Positions 18,790 to 28,270 of a stretch of DNA of 64,000 nt are shown here, piece after piece. Position 1 is the stretch's first letter, and each line of letters opens with the position of its first letter. The translations under genes and the position numbers were made by a program. Below the pieces are notes generated by a model, which was not told the origin of the DNA, ran no database searches, and saw only the letters and a list, made by a program, of their open reading frames with translations. The stretch is from the NCBI GenBank assembly GCA_012813795.1, contig GCA_012813795.1_4087.1. The stretch is one strand, 5' to 3'. Source of the DNA: a phage.

Positions 18790-18999
18790 CTAATTGCAAG
18801 TATTATTTTCTAAAAAATGATTGTATGCTGCATCAACCACTCTTTCGATAACATACGCCATCGGCACGTATCCAACTACATGACTACAATAGAAAGGACT
18901 ACGATTAGAATCATCGTATGCAAATACTTTTTCAGGATCTGCATCAATCACATACATATTAACTTTGAGTATGTCAATCTTATCCTGTACAGTAAGCAT
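18790..18999 (-). CDS. hypothetical small protein
   Basis: 69-aa ORF. Confidence 0.5.
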   Translation of the reverse strand: MLTVQDKIDILKVNMYVIDADPEKVFAYDDSNRSPFYCSHVVGYVPMAYVIERVVDAAYNHFLENNTCN

Positions 19000-19004
19000 A
19001 TTAA

Positions 19005-19259
19005 TTAACCTTTTAAGTACTGGCTCAAATAGTCTTTTTGTTCTTCGGTGATTGGCGGCATCTTCCCTAGTACTGGATTGATGATATAATCCCCTGTAAC
19101 GTCATGATCCGCGTTCTCAGTACTAGCAACCGGACGAATACGGGCCATCGCCTGGGCTTGTTCTACGCTGTATTGTTCGTATAGTCTGCATTCTTCCGGT
19201 GTAGGCATTACATCGCTACGCTGCATAGGTTTAATGATGCTTTCTTGATTAACGTTCAT
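19005..19259 (-). CDS. hypothetical small protein
   Basis: 84-aa ORF. Confidence 0.5.
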   Translation of the reverse strand: MNVNQESIIKPMQRSDVMPTPEECRLYEQYSVEQAQAMARIRPVASTENADHDVTGDYIINPVLGKMPPITEEQKDYLSQYLKG

Positions 19260-19310
19260 GGTATTATCCTCAATATTAGCGGCCTAAATCGACCGCTAAC
19301 GATGTTTTGA

Positions 19311-19580
19311 TTAATAGGTGTATGGTTGACGCTCAAACAATGATTGCACGTTGTACGCCCCGCTAATGGGCTTCGCTGGCAAATCAATTTTATATTGCTC
19401 ACGCTTAAAGATGATAAAACGACAATTGTTCTTAATATCAAAATTGATTGAACGTTCCAGGAGTTTTCCATCGTGCACAAATACAAGATAACCGCTTGCT
19501 ACTTGTTTTGTAGTACTGGTTGCAACCATCGACCGACGAACATGCGTACCTGCATCGATTAAAGTACTGATATTTTTCAT
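19311..19580 (-). CDS. hypothetical small protein
   Basis: 89-aa ORF with RBS AGAGGA; preferred over overlapping 19256..19486. Confidence 0.5.
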   Translation of the reverse strand: MKNISTLIDAGTHVRRSMVATSTTKQVASGYLVFVHDGKLLERSINFDIKNNCRFIIFKREQYKIDLPAKPISGAYNVQSLFERQPYTY

Positions 19581-19660
19581 TTTACTATCCTCTTAATTTG
19601 ATTTAATTTCTTTCCCCTATGCAGACACTATATCAAAGTATCTGCATAAAGTAAAGCTAA

Positions 19661-19984
19661 TTAAAGATCTTTTTTGCGTTTAACATTCTGTACAGTACAA
19701 TGCAACGGGATAGACAAATCATTACACAAACGATAGAGGGAGGTTTCAACAGTATCAAGCCCGTCTACTGATTCCTTTAAGAGATCTAACGCCGTTTGTT
19801 GATATGCATCTTCATAGCCATAAGTAAATGATTCAACCGCCAGATCATTCACACCGTTATCCAGTTCAACGCTTACATGACAAGAATGATAAGTATTGCC
19901 ATATGAATCAGTCCAACGTTTACCGTCAACATTGATTGCACGGATTGCAGCCAGGGAAACGGTGTTAATGATAGTTTTAGCCAT
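19661..19984 (-). CDS. hypothetical protein; paralogue of 14057..14380
   Basis: 107-aa ORF with the shared RWTDS.GNTYHSC and VKRKKD motifs. Confidence 0.6.
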   Translation of the reverse strand: MAKTIINTVSLAAIRAINVDGKRWTDSYGNTYHSCHVSVELDNGVNDLAVESFTYGYEDAYQQTALDLLKESVDGLDTVETSLYRLCNDLSIPLHCTVQNVKRKKDL

Positions 19985-20075
19985 TTTAGTATTCCTTAAA
20001 TTAATATGCGTTGTCTTGATAAAATCTATTATGCCAGTACTATCAAACTATGTCAATAGTACTGTGATAATATTT

Positions 20076-20288
20076 TTACTTACTTTCTTTAGCTGCTTTA
20101 TGTGCTTCCACTGCCATAACCACATCAGCACGAACAAAGTTAGCAACCGTATCAGTGTAATATTTGATTGCATCGTCAACTTCTGCGAACGTCCGATACA
20201 TACCACACCAAGATACTTTATAACCTGCTTTCACTTGTTCCAGCTTAACCAGTGATTTGTTTACTTTGATTTTAGTAATGATAGCCAT
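20076..20288 (-). CDS. hypothetical small protein
   Basis: 70-aa ORF behind a duplicated promoter cassette. Confidence 0.5.
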   Translation of the reverse strand: MAIITKIKVNKSLVKLEQVKAGYKVSWCGMYRTFAEVDDAIKYYTDTVANFVRADVVMAVEAHKAAKESK

Positions 20289-20600
20289 TTTTTGTTTCCT
20301 CTTAGTTGTCTTGATAAAATCTATTATGCCAGTACTATCAAACTATGTCAATAGTACTGTGATAATATTTTTACTTACTTTTTGCTTTCTTTGATGCTTC
20401 AACCTGGTCAGCCCACTCTTTACCCCATACTTGAGCATTATAGTGATACTGACAAAGAGCAACGCCCCGCTTTAAACCAGTAATAGATTTTTTACCACAT
20501 TGACAAGTTTTCATTTTTCGTTTCCTCTTAGTGGGGAGAATCATTTCTCCCCTTGATGTAATGTATTATACTTTATCCGATTTACTTTGCAAGTACTTTT

Positions 20601-20828
20601 TTAATTTAATTCATCTAGGCAAAGGATACGATCTACACCTAAATCAGTTAAGCTAATAGACGGCACTTGATAGGTTTCAATGTATGCTACATCGGCCCAC
20701 TGACCGAACTCACCTGCCGCCCAGTTATACATTGCAAAATGTAATTCCGCACCTTTCTTATTAGTAATTACAGCAACAGTAGAAGAATTGCCAGTAGTAC
20801 CAGTTACGCGAGTGATTACGATAGCCAT
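20601..20828 (-). CDS. hypothetical small protein
   Basis: 75-aa ORF. Confidence 0.5.
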   Translation of the reverse strand: MAIVITRVTGTTGNSSTVAVITNKKGAELHFAMYNWAAGEFGQWADVAYIETYQVPSISLTDLGVDRILCLDELN

Positions 20829-21270
20829 TGTTTTGATTCCTATTCAGTAGTTGATGTATGTATTATGTCAGTACTTAAAACTATTGTCAAACTATTTTTT
20901 AAAGTTTATCAATGATTGATGCCGTTTCATTGATAGTCTTGCCGTGTTTTGCACACGCGATAACTGCTTTAAATTCCTTTGATGACCAATCTTTTTTCCT
21001 GCATACTGACATTACTTGTAAAGTGAAACAATCCAGTTCATAAGTATTCATCTTTATATCCTCAGTTAGTTAAGGTGTCTCGCCTTGATGTAATTAATTA
21101 TACGCTAATCTCTTAATCGTGCAAGTACTTTTTATTAGTTTTTATAAAATACTTTTAACGCTCTCAATCGCATTCTAACGGCCTTAACGCCACCAGCTAG
21201 GGCGATGTATCACATAAACGAAAAAAGCCCGTAGAATTGATTCTACGAGCTTTTAAGCTGGTTGATTGTA

Positions 21271-21678
21271 TTACTTACAGTTATAGACTATGATCCCGAC
21301 CGTCCCGTGTCCAATGACTTCAACGTTATACACTAACTTGCCATTTACACGCTCGCGAGCATAAAAAACGCGTTCATTCTCGGCATCGCGATACGCTGAT
21401 AAAAATTTACGGTTTGGATACGCTTTCAGTACTGGCGACTCAGTGAAAAAGTCACCGATAACTACACTAAAATGATCCCCGTGTTCTGTTAATGGTATAC
21501 TACGCGGATCAGTAAATTGCGGACGGTTATCAATAACAAAATATGGATTCACTGTACAAATCTTATCGCCCATCTCTGAATAAGTTGGCTTAGGATCATT
21601 AGCCTGGATGGATGATTTAGGGGCCGTACATCCCACCGCCAACAGTACACAACTAATAACCGCAATTTTTTTAAACAT
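21271..21678 (-). CDS. putative lipoprotein
   Basis: 135 aa; N-terminus MFKKIAVISCVLLAVGC is a signal peptide with lipobox. Confidence 0.6.
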   Translation of the reverse strand: MFKKIAVISCVLLAVGCTAPKSSIQANDPKPTYSEMGDKICTVNPYFVIDNRPQFTDPRSIPLTEHGDHFSVVIGDFFTESPVLKAYPNRKFLSAYRDAENERVFYARERVNGKLVYNVEVIGHGTVGIIVYNCK

Positions 21679-21711
21679 AATGTTTACTCCTATAAAATTG
21701 TATTTAAAAGA

Positions 21712-21734
21712 AAATCCCCTAGCAATCAGGGGAT
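21712..21734 (-). terminator. intrinsic terminator (AATCCCCT...AGGGGATT hairpin, U-run on minus RNA)
   Basis: Perfect 8-bp inverted repeat just 3' of gene 21743..22225. Confidence 0.55.
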
Positions 21735-21742
21735 TCGTTTGA

Positions 21743-22225
21743 TTATGCTACATCTTTACGGTGAGCTTCGATCCATTCCTCGCGAGTCATACCGCTGGCG
21801 TTAATCGCGTCCAGTACTACGGCAATGCAGTTACCGCGTACTGGTACAGTGTATTCCTCGCCATTATCCAGTACTACCGTGACACGTTCTTGAATCCATT
21901 TTTTAGCTTTTACTTCTGGCTTGTCTTCCCCGTATTTCGCTGCCAGGGCTTTACGGGCCATTTCGGTAACTACTTCCAGATCAAGCCCAGCGACGGCGGC
22001 GTTAATATCTTCAATCGTTTTCTGCAATTCTGCTTCGCGTGCTGCCTTCTCTGCTTCAATTGCCGCCGCTTTATTAGCTTGCAGTTCTTTCGCTTCGCTG
22101 TACGCAATGTTAAAATTGTTGCGTACTGCTTTCATGGTATCGCTATCCAGTTCAGCCAGGATCTCTGCCGCTACATTAGTTTCATTTGCTACCAGTGCTT
22201 TGATGAATGATTTTACGTTAGCCAT
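21743..22225 (-). CDS. hypothetical Ala/Glu/Lys-rich helical protein
   Basis: Trimmed to Met MANVKSFIKAL at 22225 with RBS GAGGA. Confidence 0.6.
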   Translation of the reverse strand: MANVKSFIKALVANETNVAAEILAELDSDTMKAVRNNFNIAYSEAKELQANKAAAIEAEKAAREAELQKTIEDINAAVAGLDLEVVTEMARKALAAKYGEDKPEVKAKKWIQERVTVVLDNGEEYTVPVRGNCIAVVLDAINASGMTREEWIEAHRKDVA

Positions 22226-22426
22226 TATGTAATTCCTCAATTAAAGTTTAGTTTACGTTAGATAGTGTATCAAAGTTTTCTCGACGTGTCCAGTTTTTCG
22301 TTCGACTTACTGGCGGTCTACTTAGTGCTCCCCGTCTTGATGTAATACATTCTACGCCTTTTTGTGGTAATGTCAACTACTTTTTTAAAACTATTTTCAA
22401 AGTATTCCAGTACTACGATACTACAA

Positions 22427-22452
22427 AAACAAAAAAGCCCACCAGGTGGGCT
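22427..22452 (-). terminator. intrinsic terminator (AGCCCACC-UGGU-GGGCU hairpin plus U-run on minus RNA)
   Basis: Inverted repeat with A-run on plus strand immediately 3' of gene 22459..22689. Confidence 0.6.
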
Positions 22453-22458
22453 ATGTAC

Positions 22459-22689
22459 TTAATCAGTAAGTAAAATATTAAACACTTTGCCATTTAACGT
22501 TATTGGTGTACTGCTACCAGGCTTGAGATCAGTTAGTACACCTGCAATAGCTTTTTCATTGGCGACCTTTCCAGTGTCCAATAGTACTACAGTACTGATA
22601 AGATTAACGCTCGTTTCAATATCATAATGCACGGCGTTAAGGAGTTGTGTAGTACTTCCAGCGTTAAGTAAAACTATTCGCTTAGTCAT
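22459..22689 (-). CDS. hypothetical small protein
   Basis: 76-aa ORF. Confidence 0.5.
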   Translation of the reverse strand: MTKRIVLLNAGSTTQLLNAVHYDIETSVNLISTVVLLDTGKVANEKAIAGVLTDLKPGSSTPITLNGKVFNILLTD

Positions 22690-22767
22690 GGTATTACCCC
22701 TTATACCAGGGGAACCGTTCCCCCTATGTAAAACATTATACGCGTTTAAAAACTATTGTATAGTACT

Positions 22768-23004
22768 TTATGATTTTTTATAAAACATTTCAGCAGTGAT
22801 ATTTTTACCCGTTGGTTGTACTTTATCCAGAATTTTTTGATGTCCAGGGCGACCAAATGAATAAGATCCGTAAACCGTAAACCAGTAGTTACCCTCAGTG
22901 TTTACATGTACAGCACAATAGGGAACGCCCCGCGATTCATCACTAGTAAAGTGTGCTACCGTTCCCGTTACATTCGAAGACGTTGATTTGATTTGTTCGA
23001 CCAT
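22768..23004 (-). CDS. hypothetical small protein; paralogue of 24154..24387
   Basis: Shared GVPYCAVHVNT.G.YW.TVYG.YSF.RP.H.KIL..V.PTGK.ITAE. Confidence 0.6.
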   Translation of the reverse strand: MVEQIKSTSSNVTGTVAHFTSDESRGVPYCAVHVNTEGNYWFTVYGSYSFGRPGHQKILDKVQPTGKNITAEMFYKKS

Positions 23005-23247
23005 TTTCTTATTCCTTAGTTACCAGGGGAACCGCTCCCCCTATGCAAAACATTATACGCGTTTAAAAACTAATAGCAAGTATTTTAATAAAAAGTATTT
23101 GGAAAATAATTGTTGACAAGTGCATCCAGTACTGGCATAATTACTACATCAAGACGAAACAGTCACTAACCCACCGGGTGCCGAGATCCGTCTATTAAAT
23201 GATTCAGTACTGAAAAAGTAACGGGGAGTTATTATCTCCCCGCGTTG

Positions 23248-23469
23248 TTATTTTGTAAGGTATAAACAGAAGTCACCTTTATTTGCTACGCCGCCAGTGT
23301 AACGCGATGAATAGTTAGTAACGTCCTGGACTTCTGCTATTACCAGTGTATCATCATTCAATTCGTCGCAGAAGCAAACGGCTGGATCTTTTACGCCGAT
23401 ATTGTCGGCATGTTCCCGCATAGATTTAACCAGTGCTTCAAGTTGGGAAAGGGTAGTAATGTTAGCCAT
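23248..23469 (-). CDS. hypothetical small protein
   Basis: Trimmed to Met MANITTLSQ at 23469. Confidence 0.5.
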   Translation of the reverse strand: MANITTLSQLEALVKSMREHADNIGVKDPAVCFCDELNDDTLVIAEVQDVTNYSSRYTGGVANKGDFCLYLTK

Positions 23470-23555
23470 TGTATTTTCCTCATTACCAGGGAGAACCATT
23501 TCTCCCCTTGATGTAAACTATTATACAGTACTAAAAACTAATTGCAAGTACTTTT

Positions 23556-23759
23556 TTAATTTAATTGCTTTAACACATAATCATAAACACCACGCACATC
23601 ATTGATCATCGCCTCACGGTTAGCAGGTAACGCAGAAGGATCGCCACTATCCCAGGCATTGATAAAACTCCCCAAATCATGATAGATTTTATTTTGTAAG
23701 CCGATCAACTGTAATTCTTTTTCTTCAAGCTCTTTGATACGGTCGATTAAATCACTCAT
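23556..23759 (-). CDS. hypothetical small protein
   Basis: 67-aa ORF. Confidence 0.5.
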   Translation of the reverse strand: MSDLIDRIKELEEKELQLIGLQNKIYHDLGSFINAWDSGDPSALPANREAMINDVRGVYDYVLKQLN

Positions 23760-23776
23760 TAGATAATCCTCAGTAC

Positions 23777-24064
23777 TTAATTGTAAGATCCGCAGCGGTT
23801 GCAGTAGTTCCCGTCTTCCTCGTCATCGTCAACGAATTGACCGACGAAATGATCTACTTTCTCTTTGAGGCTTTTATAATCCTCTTCTACTTCCTTTAAA
23901 CGTTTCTGGTAGTATTCCAGGGCTTGCACATACGCCGCCTCAGCAGTTTTCTCCCGCATAGCTAAATTCATGCCGCGTGTTTCATCATAAAGCCAATAAC
24001 CATCGGTGCACTGGCTGATAGAAAATGATTTGGTTAACACTTTATAGTCAATTACTTTGCTCAT
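23777..24064 (-). CDS. hypothetical small protein with C-terminal Cys cluster
   Basis: 95-aa ORF; C-terminal YCNRCGSYN. Confidence 0.5.
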   Translation of the reverse strand: MSKVIDYKVLTKSFSISQCTDGYWLYDETRGMNLAMREKTAEAAYVQALEYYQKRLKEVEEDYKSLKEKVDHFVGQFVDDDEEDGNYCNRCGSYN

Positions 24065-24153
24065 TAGATAATCCTCTGTAAATGCAGGGGAACCATTTCC
24101 CCCGCCTCGATATAAAGTATTATACTCGTTTAAACTTAGTATGCAAGTACTTT

Positions 24154-24387
24154 TTAGTGCTTAGTAAAATATTTTTCTGCGGTGATATCCTTTCCGGTAG
24201 GCTTCACTACTTCCAGGATCTTACTATGTGCCGGACGAGCAAACGAATACCCCCCGTATACAGTTAACCAATAGTCACCGTCAGTGTTTACGTGTACAGC
24301 ACAATAGGGTACACCTTTATCAGTATCAGCGATGGAATGTACTTTCGTTCCGGTCCGGCTTGTAGTCGTTTGAATTTGTTCGATCAT
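24154..24387 (-). CDS. hypothetical small protein; paralogue of 22768..23004
   Basis: 77-aa ORF. Confidence 0.6.
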   Translation of the reverse strand: MIEQIQTTTSRTGTKVHSIADTDKGVPYCAVHVNTDGDYWLTVYGGYSFARPAHSKILEVVKPTGKDITAEKYFTKH

Positions 24388-24444
24388 GATGCTTACTCCT
24401 GGTTATAGGCGGGAACCACTCCCGCCATTGATTCAGTACTGAAA

Positions 24445-24675
24445 TTACATTCCAACCATTGCCGCACGAATTGCAGTAGTGCTATACTTAAAGCCGTCCG
24501 GCGTTGACTGACCGCGTAAAGTATCCATCATTAGCCGGGCGGCGGCATCGCGGTTATTTGTCTCATTGATGCAATCCAGGGCGTGACGATACAACCAGCT
24601 ATCATTGTTAATCCAAAGGCTTACATTCCAATGAGTTTTGTTTTTGTGACCTAAGAACATTTTTGATTTAGCCAT
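24445..24675 (-). CDS. hypothetical small protein; paralogue of 25230..25469
   Basis: Shared GHKNKT.WNVSLWINND and C-terminal PDGFKYSTTAIRAAMVGM. Confidence 0.6.
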   Translation of the reverse strand: MAKSKMFLGHKNKTHWNVSLWINNDSWLYRHALDCINETNNRDAAARLMMDTLRGQSTPDGFKYSTTAIRAAMVGM

Positions 24676-24880
24676 TTTGAAAATCCTCGTTTGATTTGAG
24701 CGGGGAACTATTCCCCGTCCTGATGTAAAACATTATACGCCTTTAAACATAGTTTGCAAGTACTTTTTAAAAATAGTTTTAATCACTTTCCTATAGATAC
24801 ACTCCCGCACCCTATGGGCTATCGCCTTGTATCCGGCTTGTAAGTATTATCTCACTAAGCCGGATAATGGTCAAGTACTT

Positions 24881-25147
24881 TTATTCAAGTACTGCAATCT
24901 TTTTAGTACGGTACACAGTAACACGGTTGCCCTTGCGGTCGTGCTTTATTTCTACCACTCGACGCGATACACTATCAGGACTTTTTAACGCCGATAACCA
25001 GTACTGTAACGATCTGGCGGTGCTACGCTTTACAATGACCCAACGTTCACCCCTGGCTGATTGTACGCCCATATCTTTAAACGTTGCACCGTCAACCTTT
25101 GCCGCTTGCCGAGCTTGTTCACGCGTTTCAAAGTATATAATATTCAT
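24881..25147 (-). CDS. hypothetical protein; paralogue of 13566..13961
   Basis: Trimmed to Met MNIIYFETREQAR at 25147. Confidence 0.55.
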   Translation of the reverse strand: MNIIYFETREQARQAAKVDGATFKDMGVQSARGERWVIVKRSTARSLQYWLSALKSPDSVSRRVVEIKHDRKGNRVTVYRTKKIAVLE

Positions 25148-25229
25148 GCTGATACCCCATCGTTGATGTATGAATAAAATCCTATTATAAAGTACTATCA
25201 CCGTGCAATAGTACTTTAAATCTATTCTC

Positions 25230-25469
25230 TTACATTCCAACCATCGCGGCACGGATCGCCGTAGTGCTATACTTGAATCCGTCTGGAGTTTTATCTTGTC
25301 CAGTTTGCTCTAAAAATAGCATCATATGACGGGCCGCATCATTACGATTAGTATTAGCGTCGATAAATTCTTTCGCCAGACGATACAATGACTCATCGTT
25401 ATTAATCCAAAGGCTTACATTCCACTGAGTTTTGTTTTTGTGACCGTTGAAAGTTTTAGTAGTAGCCAT
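25230..25469 (-). CDS. hypothetical small protein; paralogue of 24445..24675
   Basis: 79-aa ORF. Confidence 0.6.
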   Translation of the reverse strand: MATTKTFNGHKNKTQWNVSLWINNDESLYRLAKEFIDANTNRNDAARHMMLFLEQTGQDKTPDGFKYSTTAIRAAMVGM

Positions 25470-25554
25470 AATTAAAAATCCTCTTAATTATAGTGGGGAA
25501 CTATTCCCCACCTGATAGAAAGTATTATACGCCTTTAAACTTAGTTTGCAAGTA

Positions 25555-25788
25555 CTATTTTTTCAGTACTGGTAAACCTTTGATCTCACCTGGCTGTACT
25601 TCCTCAAAGGTCGCCGCCATCATACGGCTATCATCTTCCTTGCACTCTTCCATTGCATCACAAAAATGATTAATAACGTCCGGTGCAACGTCAACCACAT
25701 CAAACAAGCCAACCTCAGTGCAACGGCTTAAAGCGTTTAACAGGTCAGTCAGTGCAACGGATTGAGAAACAGTTAAGATAGTACTCAT
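25555..25788 (-). CDS. hypothetical small acidic protein
   Basis: 77-aa ORF. Confidence 0.5.
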   Translation of the reverse strand: MSTILTVSQSVALTDLLNALSRCTEVGLFDVVDVAPDVINHFCDAMEECKEDDSRMMAATFEEVQPGEIKGLPVLKK

Positions 25789-25882
25789 AAAATTAATCTC
25801 TTAATTATAGTGGGGAACTATTCCCCACCTGATAGAAAGTATTATACGCCTTTAAACTTAGTATGCAAGTACTTTTTAAAAC

Positions 25883-26245
25883 TTATTCGTAAATCTTGCC
25901 ACTGTCAGCCCATACCAGGAAACGCGGCATATTATCCCATGCATCTTGTTTCAAGTTTAAGCCGTGCAATACTTCTGTACTTTCCATCCCTGGTACTGGT
26001 TTACTATACACCGCAAACATTTCGCCCATGTACTGATACGCCATCGTTAAATCACTGGCGATCATCTTATGGATCATCGCATCAAGCATCACAGTAGCGG
26101 CGTATTGTTCACGCTTAAGCGGCAACATTGCAATCAATTCCCGATAAGCTGAAATATGAATCTTTACAGTCTCAGCCGGAAGATCTTTCATCTCTTCGCG
26201 AAAGTTAACCAGGTTAGCAATGATTTTAGTGATTTGAGTCGCCAT
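25883..26245 (-). CDS. hypothetical protein
   Basis: 120-aa ORF behind a promoter/stem-loop cassette at 26250-26340. Confidence 0.55.
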   Translation of the reverse strand: MATQITKIIANLVNFREEMKDLPAETVKIHISAYRELIAMLPLKREQYAATVMLDAMIHKMIASDLTMAYQYMGEMFAVYSKPVPGMESTEVLHGLNLKQDAWDNMPRFLVWADSGKIYE

Positions 26246-27030
26246 CGTTTTAATTCCTATTAAAGTGAGTTAGGAGCGTTTCCCCCGTCTCGATGTAAAA
26301 CATTATACGCCGTTAAACATAGTATGCAAATACTTTCTGCAAATACTTTTAAAATAGTTTTCTTTCTATATAGGAGTACTATCATTCAGTACTGAATCAA
26401 TCCAGGGAGTACAATTATTCAGTACTATACCCTCAAAACGTCCTCAGTCGCTTTCTAACGCATTAATACACCTAAGCTATACATTTGCACCACTCCCAAC
26501 AATCCAGGGCTTTACGGGCCGTTTAAACGCGTTAAATTATTTTCAATTATTTTGTTTTTAGCTATTGACTCAGTACAGAAAAAGCGTATAATTACTACAT
26601 AGACGCGAGAAAGCGGATACCCCAGGGGGTGCGGAACTACGCCCAAAATTCAGTAAATTTAAAAAGGATACACTCCCGCACCCTAGCAGGTCAAAGCACT
26701 TTCTCAGTACTGAATCATAGTACCATAGTACGCCCCATGATAGCAAGCAAATTAATTAAAACTTTTTGCATCCAGGGTATTGCTTTATTTTTCCAGTACT
26801 GTATAATAGTTCCATCAAGTCGAGAAAGACTCAAGCCCAACGGGTGCATAGTTACGCCCAAAATTCAGTACTAGATTATTTTTTAAAAATATTCATCCAG
26901 GCGGTTGACATTGCCCCCAGTTTATTAGATAATGATTCCAGATTCAGAAAAATCTAACTCCAGATACTGCGGGGAAACCATCCCCACGCGGTAGGGGAAC
27001 TAATGGAAAAAACAGTATAAAATTTTGATT

Positions 27031-27170
27031 TAGCCGTCTATACATCCAGACGTTTAGCCGTCCAAACGTCTAGCGGTACAGCCATCTAGCAGTACAGCCA
27101 TCTAGCCACCTAGAGGGATAGCCATCTTTACTTCCAGACTTCTGGAGGGCTAGACATCTCTACGTCCAAA
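27031..27170. repeat. iteron-like direct repeats (gtacagccatctagc x2 plus degenerate tagcc / acgtct / ccatct units)
   Basis: Direct 15-16-mers at 27074-27089 and 27090-27105 with several partial copies in a stretch lacking ORFs. Confidence 0.6.
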
Positions 27171-27734
27171 ATCCACACAGGGTTACTACGCCCAAAATCC
27201 GTCAGTACTATACCATAGATCTATCTTTGAGAAGGGAGTATTCAGTACTGCCATCATAGTCCTCACTATGTTACCCTAGGAGGATGAAGACTATCATGTA
27301 GTACTGAATACTTTTAAGGGGAATATCATCACATTGCGTGATGCATTATATATTAGATTAATATCAGTACTGCTACCATTCTGTTAATAACAGTACTGTT
27401 TATATTACGAAAAAAAGAGGTTGTCAAAGATGAACCACTACATAGGAGGATTCAATCTCTTCTGTACTGTCTCACGACAGGGGGAATAAGGCTCTGAATT
27501 GTTTGCGGCAATCCATCACTCTATGTAGAACATTATACAGTACTGAATCATAATGTCAATAACTTTCTTACATTTGCAGTACTAAAATCGTATCTTCTGT
27601 ATCTCTTCAAAACTCATTATATCCCAATAATCCTATATGTCCCAACGTGAATTCCAACTTTCGAAGATCCAACTTTTATTTCATAGGTACTCCAAAATTT
27701 TTACGATCCAGATTTACGATGGAGTACTAACCAA

Positions 27735-27850
27735 CTTTTTGCTGGAGCCTCAAGGGGTATTCGGAATTTTCCCCAATGGGTAATCGGGATTTTTGACGAA
27801 GGGTAAATTGAACTTTTTTGAATAGGTGATTGGGAGTTTTCAGTACTGGT
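27735..27850. repeat. four degenerate ~19-bp direct repeats (gggtaNtcgGaatttt type)
   Basis: gggtattcggaatttt, gggtaatcgggattttt, gggtaaattgaactttttt, ggtgattgggagtttt in tandem. Confidence 0.5.
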
Positions 27851-28270
27851 CATTCCGTGATTACTTTTGATTACATTTGACATGTTATGCAAAGTTGCAG
27901 TACGGTAAAAATATGTAAATTTTGGGCGACTTCATTTGCCTACTTAGTGGGATATCAGTACTGAATCATATAGGGGTAATCCTTCAGTACTGAATACTTT
28001 CCTGTACTCTAGTACACTCTATTACACTCTAGTACTCAATACTAATCACTACTAACCACTACAATGATTATAAATGATTACTTAAATGTTTATATATGAT
28101 TACTTATGACTACCTATGATTACGGGGTTTAGCCTGGGGAGAATCCTAGTGATCGCATTTGTCCAGGCTGAATTTTAACAATTCAGACGTCGAGCAGGCT
28201 GAATTTTAACATATGCAACATATGTTAAAGCCTGTATAATGCTTACACTACGGAGCTTCCCCTAGCTATA

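Noticed and set aside
21761-22232. Plus-strand ORFs 21761..22210 and 21921..22232
   Set aside because: Antisense to minus gene 21743..22225, whose Ala/Glu-rich codons create long open frames on the opposite strand.
26300-28270. tRNA genes or a CRISPR array in the non-coding region
   Set aside because: No cloverleaf-compatible segment with a T-loop GTTCRANYC and acceptor stem was found by eye, and the direct repeats are short, degenerate and lack regular unique spacers. Only a formal tRNAscan/CRISPR scan could exclude them fully.
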